From: Fonticula alba ATCC 38817
Lineage: Eukaryota; Protista; Nucleariida
Length of the DNA: 46,305 bases
Assembly (NCBI GenBank): GCA_000388065.2
Contig: KB932201.1
Reading direction: 5' to 3' (one strand)
In this document: in pieces, positions 20,713 through 33,223 of the stretch
How the letters are laid out: each line of letters starts with the position of its first letter
How positions within the stretch are numbered: the stretch's first letter is position 1
The notes under the pieces: generated by a model
Database searches by the model: none
Seen by the model: only the letters and a program-made list of their open reading frames with translations
What the model was told of the DNA's origin: nothing
Program-made: the position numbers and the translations under genes

Positions 20713-22980
20713 AGAGGGGGGAGGTGAGAGACGGAGGAAATGTGAGTTGGGGAAATTGCGGAAGGGGAGGGGATATTCGGTAAGGGTAGTGGGATAGGGT
20801 CCCGGAGCGGTATTTTAGGGAAATCGAGAAAATACCCTTGTCACAAAAATGGCCCTCAGCCGATTATGCACTTCCTGTTGCAAATTACACGGTGAACGCG
20901 CAGGACCAAGTGTGAGAATGATCGACCAGGACCACACACTTCGGGGGCGGGGGGGGGGGGCGGGAAGACACACGATGTGCGACGGCGGAGAGGCGACAAA
21001 TGACCGGGGAGGCGTGACGACGGGATGCCGAGAGGGGATGGAGCTCCAGCCGGGGGAGAAGACGTCGCCCGGGCCGACGGGATACGGGAGGAAGGAGGCG
21101 AGGGGAGGGAGGGAGAGGGGGCGAGCGGCGGGGGCACGCGCGGCGGGGCCCGGGCGGCCTGTCCGAGGACGAGCGACAGAGGCGGCGGCAGGGAGGAGAG
21201 TGGCAGGGAGGAGAGGCGAAACACCGACACAGTGGGCAGGGAAAGGGAGAGGGAGGGGAGAGGTGGCTTGTCTTCTGGGCGGGAAAATGCCCTCAAGTGC
21301 AAAGGCAGGTTCCTTTGAAAGGCCGGCGGGCAGTTTAGGTGTTGGGAGGCGCTTGCTGGCGAGCAAATAGCCCATCAAAAGGGGTGAGCTTGGCGCCTGG
21401 GAGCATGTGGTGACCGCGACTTCCCACCATTGCAGGCAACCCTAACGCCCTGCACAGGGCAGAGGCCATTGGAAGAGCCATCTCCGCCGACAGGACTCAC
21501 GCCACCCTGGGCATCTGGAAATCGGTCTGGAGGCTGGCCAAGAGCCCTCCGACCGACCGTTCAAAGGGGGCTATCGCCCTTCGAAGCCGAGACCGGCGTG
21601 GCGAGAGGGCAAGCCACGCTGGCAGGTGGTAATGTTTCACTGGGACCTACAGACAGCCCCCTTTTGTTCCACCACAGGAAGGTACTGGCCTGTGGTCAGT
21701 GCCTACTCGGCTTCCCCCCCCCCCCTCTCCACCTTCCTACACTGGTAGTCTTCTCCGGCGCGAAAACACCGCGGATACGCTGGCTCCGGTGTTTGGACTG
21801 CCTGCAGTGGAAAGGGCACACACACACTCGCATGCTCGCCCACACACACGCACATCAAGGACGGCGGACAGCAACTGGTCCGGTCGGACACTTGCCAGCT
21901 CTCGCCCCGCGGTTCCCCCCGCCCCCCCGCGCCCCGTGCTCCCGCCCCGCGCGCCCTGCGCCCCGGGGGGCCGAGTGTTAGCATGTCCGTTCTCAAGAGG
22001 GGGGCCGGGGGGAGGTCGTTTGACAACCCTAATTAGCGGGCGCAGAGCTTTTGGCCTCCGAACCCTTGTAGACCTCAGCATTTCCCCAGGGCGGGGTCCT
22101 TGGGGTGGCGGGAGGTGCTCTCGTCCAAGAGGCATTCGCACGATCACACTGACACACCTGCGCACCGCGCAAGGCTGCCCCTCTCCCCCCCCCCCCCCCC
22201 CTCCCAAGGCAAGGGAGCTAATACTGCTCCGACCTGGTCGTCTGTCCACGCCTGGAAATGCAGGGCCGGACGTGCATTTGAGCGGGAATAACGGTGGAAG
22301 CAGCCGCCCATTCCCGCGCGTTGCTTCGACAAAATCATGCAATCTGGTGTTGTAGATTCTTTGTATTTAGGTGTCAAGTCCCACCTGACGGTGCCGCCCC
22401 CGTTGGCAGATGGCCGATCGGCCGCCATGCCGCGCTCCGGGGACCCCTTCTGGTCGAGGCATGCACAAGCATGCTTGGCGGGACTTCCACCCGCAGGTAG
22501 TCTGTTCCGCCGCCATTGGCCTGGGCCTTGCTGCTCACCTTTCGATCGGGCCCCTGGCGCGACTGGGCATCAGTCAGGGAGGCGGTTGGTGTATTGGGGG
22601 GGGGGGATGCTTCCTGAGAGGGAGAGAAGGAGCAAAAAGGACAGGGCGCACGTGTGGTCGTGGAACAGGGCACGCAGCACGTATTGCACGAAAGGAGAGG
22701 GGTCACAAAAGGCCAGCCAATAAAACGAGTGGAAGATGGAAAGGAATAGAGGGAGAGAGAGAGAGAGAGGGGGGGGGAGGGAGATAGGGAGAGGGTAGGA
22801 GAGGGGGAAAGAAAGAAAGAAGGAGACAGGGAGCGACAGGGGGGAAGGAGCATGGGTAGACACAAAAGGGGAGCACGATGAGATTGTACGACATCGCACG
22901 AGGATGGTGGTGGAAAGGAGGATGCCTCCCCCCCCCCTTTCTCCCTCCCTGACGCTGCCGCTCTCCTTCCAGGCAGCTAC

Positions 22981-25900
22981 TCACAGACGGCGCTTCGACG
23001 CCTCCACAGCAGACAGACGGCGCTGGACTTCGGTCGTGCGCTTGTCCACCCACTGCAGGGTGTCCAGATGGTTGTTCAGGATGTCCAGAATGACGCTCAG
23101 GGAGTTGGCGCGACTGGCAACGGCCTGCCCGACGCCGGCGGCCCCGGAGGTGGCGGAGGCGGCCGCCGAAACCGGCGACGCCGCGTCGATGCCGGACGAC
23201 TGATCCTGGAACTGGTTAACGTCGGATACCAGGTCCTCGAGGCGCAGCTCCATCGAATCCAACTGGGAATTGAGCTTCTCCGCCAAGCTCAGACTGGGTT
23301 TGCGAGGGGAGAAGTTAGAAGCCGACTCGGGACACGGCATGGGGCGGAGACGGGGGGGGGGAGAAAGAAAGAGATGCAAGGGGGGTGCAACGCACTAGTT
23401 CAAGCGCTGCGCATCGGCTGAGGTGGTGTCGCCGGCCTGCTTCAGCATGATGGTGACCTCGGACTCCAGGGCATCGATGGCGCGCTCAAGATCGGTCTGC
23501 TGAGTGGTGATGTACTCGATGTTGCTCTACGACGAATGGGGAGGGGGGGGGGGATTAGCCATGGAGGAGGGGGAAGGGGCACAGGGAGGGCAGCAGGCAC
23601 GTAGCATGGCGGCAGGAGGAGTGGAAACGGATTCGGACGCACAGAAATCTCCTTCTGGAGGCGGTTGGTCAAGGCCACCTCATCGTGCAGAGCCAAAAGA
23701 CGGCTCTCATTGGCCAGAATGGACGCATCGCGGTCCGCCGCGCGAGAGGCCAGCTTCCGGAAAGTACCGACATATGAGTCCAGGTCGGTGGCCCACTCGG
23801 TCAGCAGCTCCTCGACGGTCTGCCAGGGGATGGAAGAAAGAAAGGGGGACAGCCATGGCGGGGATCTTAGTAACGGCCCGCAAGCATCAGCGACAGAGGC
23901 ACCGAGTGTGGTGGGGAAAAGGTGCGCACCTTGCAGGACATCCCGCGAGCGATGGCGCTCGAGTCCAGGGAAAGATCCTTCTCCGGGGCAGCACCCAGAG
24001 CCGAGGCGCTGAGGCCTTGCCCAGGGGCAGACTGGTCGGCAGCCGTCTTGCTGGAGTCCCCTCCCGGAGCCGGGGTAGTGGTGGCAGAAGCGCCGAAACC
24101 GCCGGTCGCGGGCTTGCCATCACCGGTTGCCGCCGGGGTAGTGGTGGTGCCGGTGGTGGTGATCGTGGTGGTGGGCTTGCCGCCCTCCGAGGGGCCGGCC
24201 GTGTCGGTGGTGGTGGTGGTGGTGCCGGTGCCGGTGCCGGTGCCGGTGCCGGTGGCAGTGGTGCTCGAAGATGACCCGCCAAAGCTGGGCATGGTGAATC
24301 CCGAGGTGATGCCGGCCGGAGCGGCCGCCCCAGTGCCAGCAGTGGCAGTCGGAGCTGCGGCGGTGGTGCCGGCGGTGCCGGTGGTCGTGCCGCTGGTGGC
24401 CTTGTTATTGAAGGAGAAAGCGCCAGCCGGCGTGGCCGGGGCACCGCCAGCCGAGTCGGCTGCCGGAGTGGAAGGAGCCCCCGCCACGATGCCAGCACCA
24501 AATCCGAAACCAGTTGAACCGGTCGGCTTGGTCTTCTTGGGCGAGGCATCACCAGTGGCCGTGGTGCTGGTGCTGGTGGTGGTGGTGGTGGTGGCAGGAT
24601 TGAAGCCGAATCCACCCGTGGCCGGCTTGGCAGTCTCGGTGGCGGTGCTCGAGGAGGTCATGCCAAACGTGGGCATGGTGAAACCCGAAGATGCAGCCGG
24701 CTTGGCTTCGGCAGTGGCGGCAGGAGCGGCGGCGGTCGTCGCGGCAGAAGTCGGACCGAAGGAGAAGCCCCCCGGGGCAGGAGCAGCGGTGGCAGGCTTG
24801 GCGTCAGCGGCGGCAGTGGTGGCCGGGGTGCTGCCAAAGCCGAAGTTAAAGCCAGAGGACGCGGGCTTGGTCTCAGTGGCACCGGTGGCGGTGGTGCCCG
24901 TCGCCGATGACGTCGTCGTCGCCGCTGAGGTGCTGCCGAAACTTGTGTCACCGAATTTGAAGGAGGGCGCAGCGGTGCCAGCAGTCGGCTTGGCATCGGC
25001 CGTCGGGGCGGTGGTGGTGGTGGTGCTCGGAGCAGCAGATGTCGAGCCGAAGCCACCTGCGCCAAAGCCGGAGGTGGTACTGGCACTGCCGAAACCGGTG
25101 GGCTTGGTGGCGGAATCGGTGGCCGCGGTGGGGGCCGAGGCAGGGGCTCCGAAGGTGGGCATGGTGAATCCCGTGGTAGCTGGCTTGTTGTCGGTAGTAG
25201 CACTGGTACCGAAGCCGCCAGTGGTACCGGTGCCGAAACCGGAGGCCGGAGTGGCAGCGGTGGAAGCTGTGGCTCCAAAACCGCCTGTGGCCGGGGTCGC
25301 GCCAGTGCCGAAGCTGATGGAAGCCGGAGCGGCAGCGGGGGCAGCTGTGCCAAAGCCACCGGCAGCCGGGGTGCTGGCGCCGGTGCCAAAGCCACCCGCA
25401 GCAGGGGCCGCAGCAGGAGCAGCGGCAGCAGCGCCAAAGCCGCCAGTGGCCGGGGCAGCGGCGCCAAAGCCGCCTGTACCCGTGGCGGAGGCACCGAATC
25501 CGGTGGTGCCTGAGCCGAAGCCGCCACCAGTGGCCGGAGCAGCGGCGGCACCACCGAAGCCGGCGGAGCCGAAGCCCCCAGCGGCCGGGGTAGCACCGCT
25601 GCCGAAGCCGGTGGCGCCGGAGCCGCCACTAGCGGGAGTCGCCCCGAAGCTGGTGGAGCCAAAGCCACCAGTGGCAGGAGCCGCGCCAAAGCCAGTGCCA
25701 GTGGTGCCAGTAGCTGCGGTGCCAAATCCACCTGATCCGAAAGTGCTGGTCCCGAAGCTAGTTCCACCGAAGCCAGTGGAGCCGGGGGTGCCGCTGGCGG
25801 CCTGGCCGCCAGGCTGCATGTTGGGGGAGAAGCTGAAACCTGCGAGGAAAGGGGCAAGAGGTGAGGAAGGGGGGGGNNNNNNNNNNNNNNNNNNNNNNNN

Positions 25901-26024
25901 NNNNNNNNNNNNNNNNNNNNNNNNNNNNNNNNNNNNNNNNNNNNNNNNNNNNNNNNNNNNNGGGGGCAAGAAAGAGGAGGACAAGCAGAGGCGTCGCACC
26001 GGTGCCAGCCGGCTGGTTGCTCAT
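22981..26024 (-). CDS. NUP62: FG-repeat nucleoporin NUP62/NSP1, 5 exons, 851 aa predicted
   Basis: Exons 26000-26024, 23930-25839, 23643-23819, 23396-23526, 22981-23293. Long FG-repeat region (GFG, FSFG, FKFG, FTMPTFG), then an Nsp1-type coiled coil: TVEELLTEWATDL, NIEYITTQQTDLE, LAEKLNSQLDSME, ILNNHLDTLQWVD. Confidence 0.93.
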
Positions 26025-27568
26025 TGCGAAGGGGGGCAAATGAGAGAAGGGGGGCGCAACAGTCGGCAATCGGATGGAGAAAGAGGGAGTGAAACTGAGG
26101 GTGGAGAGGAGGGAGAGAGAGGGGGGGGGAGGGGAGGGGGGCGGGAGAGGGGGACGGCGGGAGAGGGGAGGGAGTGGGTTCGGAACGGCAACGCGGCGGT
26201 CTGGCTGGTCGCGCGCTTTTGTCCCTTGCACAAGGCAAATTATGCAAAGAGGAACACAGATCGCCTGAGCGCCGACAGGGCCTGACGGGTGCCGGCCTTC
26301 GCACGCATGAGTTTGAAAGGGATACATCAAGCCCCCCGCCCCCCCCTGCCCGCCGCCCTCGGGTACCGGTTGCGGGCCTCGTCAGCTGGCACCGCCTCGT
26401 CCAACATGCACTCGCCTCCCTGACCATGTACCCGCGCCCCCGCCCCCCCCCCCTCCACGGACACTGCCCAGCGACACTTGGGCGCCTTGGGCCCAAGATG
26501 CAAGAACCCCGGAAGAATGACCATGCCCCGGTTCCCTCGCGGGAAAAGAGGAACGCGTCAGGGAGAGGAGCGAGCAAGGCGCGAGGGACGCAAGAAAATT
26601 GCGGAGAAACGAACAACACACGCATGCGTTAGATGAACTCTAGATCAGTCTCGTGACGTTTCCCAAACACATGACAATTCCCGCGTCGACCAAATATCGT
26701 GGCCCTAACCTCTGTTTGGGAAATCATTCGGGCACCTGTACCGCCTCGTGGGGGCCTGGCGCCTGCCTCCCTCCCTGCTGGCTGTTGTGTGAGAGTGTAT
26801 ATGTGTGCGGGGGGGGGGGGGGGGGGGGGGGCGGGGCGAAGGGGGGCAGCCCCTCGACGGGGAAGATGCCTGGGGCCGCTGCGGGTGCATGGGGGGCTAC
26901 GTGCTCGCGCGCGCGCGCGCGCGCACGCGGATGCATCGCCGAATGCTCCACGTCCGGCTCCGGCTGGGACCCATGGCCACATGCGTGAGTCGGCGGGTCG
27001 CCCTCCCTCCCTCCCGCGAGGAGGGGAACGGCACGCCGCTCTTTCTGAGCCCCCTGCCCAACTGTTCTTGGGATCCCAATTTGCGCCATCCACCTTCGAG
27101 CACCCTCTCCCCCCTCCCCCGCTCATCCTCCCCCTTGCACACCACGCGCGCGCACCCGCTCTGCATCCATCCCGCCTGTCGCCTCCCCTCCCCTGGCGCT
27201 CCATCTCCCTGTCCTTTCCCTCTTCTTTTTTTTTTCAGAGCCCCTGGATGTACATCTGGTCCCCCCGCCCTCGCCCTGCCCTCGCTCATTTGGTTCCTCC
27301 CCATCTTGTCCGCCATACCCCCTCGCTTCCCCCTCCCCTCCCTCCCCGGAACAGCATGCTCACGCTTTCCCCTCCCCCTGTCGCCTGTATCCCTCCAACC
27401 AACCATGTAGCTGCTGCAAGCAGAGCCACACACGACGTACGCTCTCCTCTACCCTCCTTTTCCCAGGGCGCATGCTCCCTCCCCCCCCCCTGCCCCTCCT
27501 TCACCTTGCCTCTTCTCGTAAGCACTGACATCCCTGCCTTCGCTGGCATTCTTCAGCGCTAGCGAACA

Positions 27569-28580
27569 ATGAGCTCCACCGAGTGGGCCTCCATGACCTC
27601 CGAGCAGAAGGAGCGCGAGTTCACCCGGCTCTGGCGCGTGCGCCGGACCGTGTTCCAGATGCTCAATGACCGTGGGTATTCTGTGACCAACGCCGATCTG
27701 AACATGACCCTGGACGCCTTCCGCAAGGAGCATCCCCGCGTCGATGACTTCGAGTGCGTGGCTCCAGGCCCCCGGAGTACTGCCATCACACCAGCCCGCG
27801 AGACTCACCCTCCCCCTTCTTTTGCGCACAAAGCCGGAGCTCGCTCAACATGATTGTCAAGCACCAGGACAAGGCTGACACCATTGTTGTTTTCTTCGTC
27901 GACCGCCTCCGCGCCGAGACCTTCAAGAAGTATGTCCCCTCCGGACGCCGGTGCCCAGTCCTGCTTGGCCGAATGTGCCCCCCGTGCTATCATGTGCCCG
28001 ATGCTGACCCCCTCCCCCCCCCCCCCCACCCGCACCCCCCGTCACATTGCCCCAGCTTCCATGAGAAGGTCATCATCAACAACACCAATCGTGCGATCAT
28101 CGTGCAGCGTGACTCGCCCACTAGCCCGGTTCTGCGCCAGGTGGAGGCCGAGGGGGATCGCTATGAGCTTTTTATGGAGGTGGACCTGGTCATCAACATC
28201 ATCCAGCACAAGCTCGTGCCGGAGCACAAGCCCCTTAATGAGGAGGAGAAGCGCCAGCTCCTGTCCCGCTAGTACGTGTGCTGCCCCCCTCCCCTTTGCC
28301 ACCCACTCCTGCCTGTGCCCTCTCGTCCTCTTTCTCCGTCATCCTTTTACTGACCGGGAAGGGGCAAAAAAAAACACGCACCCTCTCTCTCTCCCTCTCT
28401 CCTGGCGGCGGTGGCTCCCTGGAAAACACTCGCAGTGGCCTGAAGCAGGAGCAGCTCCCGCGCATTGTCCGCAACGATCCGGTTGCTCGTTACTTCGGCC
28501 TTCGTCGTGGCCAGGTCATCAAGATCACCCGCGCGTCGGAGACCGCCGGCCGCTACGTCACCTATCGCATTTGCTTCTAG
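27569..28580 (+). CDS. RPB5: RNA polymerase I/II/III shared subunit RPB5, 4 exons, 213 aa predicted
   Basis: Exons 27569-27753, 27834-27929, 28056-28271, 28436-28580. Motifs [70 protein letters not shown]. Confidence 0.97.
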
Positions 28581-30009
28581 GCAGGAGCTTGCGTGAATGG
28601 ATGAACTGCCTTTTTTTTTCCCCCCTTCACTTCGCCATCCCCTTTTCCTCCGCGCCTCCTCTTCGGGAGAGAAGAAAATAAGAAGCACCGCCCGCGCACC
28701 GCGTGCCGCGCGCGCGCGGCTTGTGCCCGATATGTGTATCATAATACCAACCCCGCCCTTGTGTGAGATCACCCCTCGACATCGTCCTTTTTTTTTTCCC
28801 CCATGTCTCCCTTTCTCCTCCCGGATGATAGGTGCCCAAGCTGACGTAGGGCGGGGGGTGGTCAATCGAGCTGGCGAAAGAGTCGACAAGGCGACGGCTG
28901 GGGCTCTTTTGGAGGCTGTGGCGACGTGCGGCGGAAACCAGCGAAATCGCCTCCGGCCCAAGAGCAGACGGGCATGAGGGAGGTGTGATCCAAATATCAC
29001 GGACCTCCCGGATCACCCGGATGAAACATCGTTGGCACTGGGGCCTCTTCCCGGGGCGGAGCGAATAAACGCGCGCACACACACCCACCCATCGGCCCGG
29101 GGCACGCCACACCGTCAGACCCCAGGATGTGTCTAGAATATTGTGGACTAGATCAGCATGTACGTGGATATGCTTGACCGGTAGACCAGAATGACATTGT
29201 CCATCCGCCCACAGCCGGCCGCGAAGGGGGGGCCCTTGGGCTGTGGCGGCCCGGCCCTCAACCATACCGGGGACGGGGGGGGGGGGGGGGAGGAGACCAT
29301 GTTGCAACCGAAAANNNNNNNNNNNNNNNNNNNNNNNNNNNNNNNNNNNNNNNNNNNNNNNNNNNNNNNNNNNNNNNNNNNNNNNNNNNNNNNNNNNNNN
29401 NNNNNNNNNNNNNNNNNNNNNNNNNNNNNNNNNNNNNNNNNNNNNNNNNNNNNNNNNNNNNNNNNNNNNNNNNNNNNNNNNNNNNNNNNNNNNNNNNNNN
29501 NNNNNNNNNNNNNNNNNNNNNNNNNNNNNNNNNNNNNNNNNNNNNNNNNNNNNNNNNNNNNNNNNNNNNNNNNNNNNNNNNNNNNNNNNNNNNNNNNNNN
29601 NNNNNNNNNNNNNNNNNNNNNNNNNNNNNNNNNNNNNNNNNNNNNNNNNNNNNNNNNNNNNNNNNNNNNNNNNNNNNNNNNNNNNNNNNNNNNNNNNNNN
29701 NNNNNNNNNNNNNNNNNNNNNNNNNNNNNNNNNNNNNNNNNNNNNNNNNNNNNNNNNNNNNNNNNNNNNNNNNNNNNNNNNNNNNNNNNNNNNNNNNNNN
29801 NNNNNNNNNNNNNNNNNNNNNNNNNNNNNNNNNNNNNNNNNNNNNNNNNNNNNNNNNNNNNNNNNNNNNNNNNNNNNNNNNNNNNNNNNNNNNNNNNNNN
29901 NNNNNNNNNNNNNNNNNNNNNNNNNNNNNNNNNNNNNNNNNNNNNNNNNNNNNNNNNNNNNNNNNNNNNNNNNNNNNNNNNNNNNNNNNNNNNNNNNNNN
30001 NNNNNNNNN

Positions 30010-30045
<36 letters not shown>
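30010..30045. repeat. (GT)n microsatellite at a gap edge
   Basis: GT run immediately after the 29315-30009 N gap. Confidence 0.95.
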
Positions 30046-30048
<3 letters not shown>

Positions 30049-31192
30049 CGCGTCTCTGTGTGGCGTGTGCAATTTAGGCCGCGAAGTGTGAGCCGAGCCC
30101 CCCGGCCACTGTTGGCTACTTCCTGGCTATGGGCTGGGACGGAGAGAAGCGGCCGGGGCCGGGGGCCACTGGACGAGAACGGACGGACGCGCGGACAGGT
30201 CCGCGGGGCGGTGCCGGGGGGGGGGAATGTTCTCGATCGCGGGGAAGATGGTGTCCACATCCGCACGCCCCCGGCGGGGCGCTGTCCGCCGAGGGCGGCT
30301 CGGCGTCACAGGGAGAAAGCCCTAGGCACTAGTCCGGGGACGGGCTCCAGAGAGGGGCGGTGCGGCTTGCACGACCAATCCAGGCGTCCTCCATTTTCGC
30401 CGGGCCAAGACAAGGGGGGGGGGGGGGGGCAGCACCCCAGGCTCCTGGCCGCCCCGGCCCCCGATGTCTCCCGGCGAGGTGTGTGGAATTGGCTGGATTT
30501 CCGCCCCCCCCCCCCCCCTCCCCCCCCCCCCCCTGTTTCCCACACGGGGGCTCATCCCGTTCCGCGGTGTGCCGCCCCGCGGGGGTGCCGGTCTGGCGGG
30601 GCCGTTGGGCGCCGTTCCGCTCCGGGCGGGGGGGGCGTCGGTGCCCCTTCCTCGTGCTTCCGTCCCGATGCGTACACTGTTGGCGGCGCTGTTTAGCTTG
30701 GTTGAGGTGTGTTTCTGGCTATGGGTGTGCCGTATTTCCGTTGCATACCGGCAATTTCTCCCCCCCCCCCCCCCCCCCCCCCCCCGCCCCCGGTATCCCC
30801 AAAGTGAGACCTCGAGTTTCGGGGGGGGTCCTGCGCGAAGGGCGATCCTCCGGCGGTAGTCTCGGGGGGACGTCCTCCGCAGGGCGGGGGGTTCCTTCTC
30901 TCCCTCGTCAAGTCCCAATATGCCGGCTGTATGTTGGTACGTGTATTTTTTCGAGCATTAGTCTTCGGACATGTCCACCGGGCGATGATGGACCGATCCT
31001 GCGTCCGGAAAGCGGGTCCCCGACGTGCGCACATCATTTGACCCCCGGGTCGCCCGGACGCAACTGTGTGCTCCGCACATGGGGCGTGATGCTTCTCGGT
31101 GGTTCCTGGTGTCCCCGGCGGGCGGTGCTCGGGTGATCTCTTTTCGAGATTACCCGCCGGCTTGAGCCTTCCTCGTCCCCAGGCGCGCCTGG

Positions 31193-31193
<1 letters not shown>

Positions 31194-31273
<80 letters not shown>

Positions 31274-31336
31274 GCCCGGGCCCCCTTTTTTTTTTGTGGG
31301 GTTTTTTTCCCCACTTTTCACACCCTTTTGGGTGTT

Positions 31337-31382
<46 letters not shown>
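31194..31382. repeat. Adjacent long G and C homopolymers (low-quality, low-complexity block)
   Basis: A G run directly abuts a C run (31194-31271), with further C runs to about 31382. Confidence 0.9.
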
Positions 31383-31383
<1 letters not shown>

Positions 31384-31727
31384 ACCGGGCGGGGGCGGCC
31401 CCACACGGCGAGGAGCGTGAGTGTGGGTGAGTGTAGGTGAAAGAGTCGGGCGGGATAGGGGATGTGGGGCGCCGGGGAACCGAAAGGATTTCCGCCCCCC
31501 CCCCGCGCGGGGCGGGGGGGGGGGGGGCGGGGGGGGGGGGGGCCGGCCCCCCCGCCAAACGGGGGGGGGGGGGGGGGGGGGGGAGGAGACCATGTTGCAA
31601 CCGAAAACAAAACCGCCCCCACGCAGGGCAGCGTGCCCTCCTGAGTCATCAGAAGAAAGGCTCGGACCCGCTCGCCGGGCATTGATCGGTGGTAGACCGA
31701 CGCGCACGAGAACGGGCCAACGCGCGC

Positions 31728-31763
<36 letters not shown>

Positions 31764-32938
31764 GTGTGTGCGTGGACGGGTGCCCCGGCGCCGGCGCTCG
31801 CACTCCTCCGGCCCATGGGCGCGTCGCTTTTCGTGCNNNNNNNNNNNNNNNNNNNNNNNNNNNNNNNNNNNNNNNNNNNNNNNNNNNGGCGCCTCGGGCG
31901 CTGGTCGTCATTGTTTGATGATGGGCTTTTCTGCCATCTTTTGAACACCTTTTGGGTGTTCCCGCCCCCCGGCCCCCGCCCCCGCGCCGGCTCCCCCTCC
32001 CTCCTGCCGCCCCTGCTGCCAGGGGGGGCAGTTTCCCCGGGGCGGGGCATTTTTCTGGAAGGTGCTATTTTTCTTCCAGAAAGTCCGTTGATACGGCTGC
32101 GCGAACAAGCCCCCCTCCCCCCTCCGGGGGGGGGGGGGGATGGGTGTCCCCCGACCGTGTCGTCTCTGAGCGGCGGAGGACATTGTGGGTGCGCACTCAC
32201 GCGCGCACATTGGCGCTGCGCCCCCATTTGGTGCTGTGCCATGTTTGTCTGAGTCTCTCGTTGGCTCCTCCGCCAAGCGGCCGGCAACGCCCTGAGTGGT
32301 GCGGGGGTGGGCCACGCGCTGTCTGCGCCTCGGGGGCTGTGGATTGAGGGGCCCCCCCCCCCCCCCCGGGGGAGGGGGGCGGATTACTCGGATCCCCGCC
32401 TTTTCGCGAATCCTCCTCCGGTCTGTGTGGCAATGCGGCGGTACCGACGCACAGGACCTGTTGCTGGGGGCACTCCCGTCGCAGAGTCTGTGCCAGGGCG
32501 CTCTCACCCTCGGGGCCCGTCTAGCATGTTCGAGCTCAGTTGGGAGCCCTGCGCGCCAGCTGCGGTCCTCTTGTCTCGTGCCTGCCCCAGGGAGCCGGCG
32601 GCCGGGGGAGGAGCGGACCGGGCACGCCTTGCTGCGGGCTGCCCCATGGCTCTTGTCTGGTGGATTGTCGAGTGCGAGGCCGTGCCCCGGTGCCAGGAGA
32701 GCCTGCCGGCCTGCGTATCCCGCGCGCCCCGCGGCCGCGGCCGCGGCCGCCCTCCCGCCTCGACACTCATGCGCATCACGGAGGTTGTCGTCTCCCGGGG
32801 CGGGGCGGATGGTGTGAGGCGGGTGTCGACCGTGTGCCGGGGCGCCTTCCGCCCGGTCCCCTCCTCTCCCCTCCGAGCGAGAGGGAGGCTTGGGGGTGGC
32901 GGGCGGCCTGCCCGGCCGGTGGGCACCCTCCGCAGGGG

Positions 32939-32946
32939 TATATAAA
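32939..32946 (+). promoter_or_regulatory. TATA box, probable HSP90 promoter
   Basis: TATATAAA about 285 nt upstream of the HSP90 ATG in otherwise GC-rich DNA. Confidence 0.65.
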
Positions 32947-33037
32947 TAATCATAGTTTGCCACCCTCTGGGCAGGAGAATTCTTCATCCGAATTTGTCAT
33001 TTGTGTTCTTCCCTGCTGACCTTTTCAGATACCCACC

Positions 33038-33217
33038 GTGCGTCTCCCTTCCTCCCCCCTTGCCTGCTCCTCCTTCCCTCCCCCCCCCTTGCCTGCTCCT
33101 CCTTCCCTTCCCCCTTGCCTGCTCCTCCTTCCCCCCTCCTTCCCCCCCTCCTTCCCCCCTCCCCCCACATCACCTCCTGCTGACCCCAATCCCCTCCCCT
33201 GTCCCTTCGGCACGCAG
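33038..33217 (+). other. Probable 5'UTR intron of HSP90 containing three copies of CCTTGCCTGCTCCTCCTTCCC
   Basis: GTGCGT donor at 33038, C-rich body, CACGCAG acceptor ending at 33217, 6 nt before the ATG. Confidence 0.65.
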
Positions 33218-33223
33218 TCCACC

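Noticed and set aside
23922-26285. 787-aa plus-strand ORF rich in PKP/VAG repeats
   Set aside because: Antisense shadow of the NUP62 FG repeats.
31194-31271. G-run/C-run palindrome as a functional hairpin
   Set aside because: Lies in a gap-rich, low-quality block; likely a sequencing or assembly artefact.
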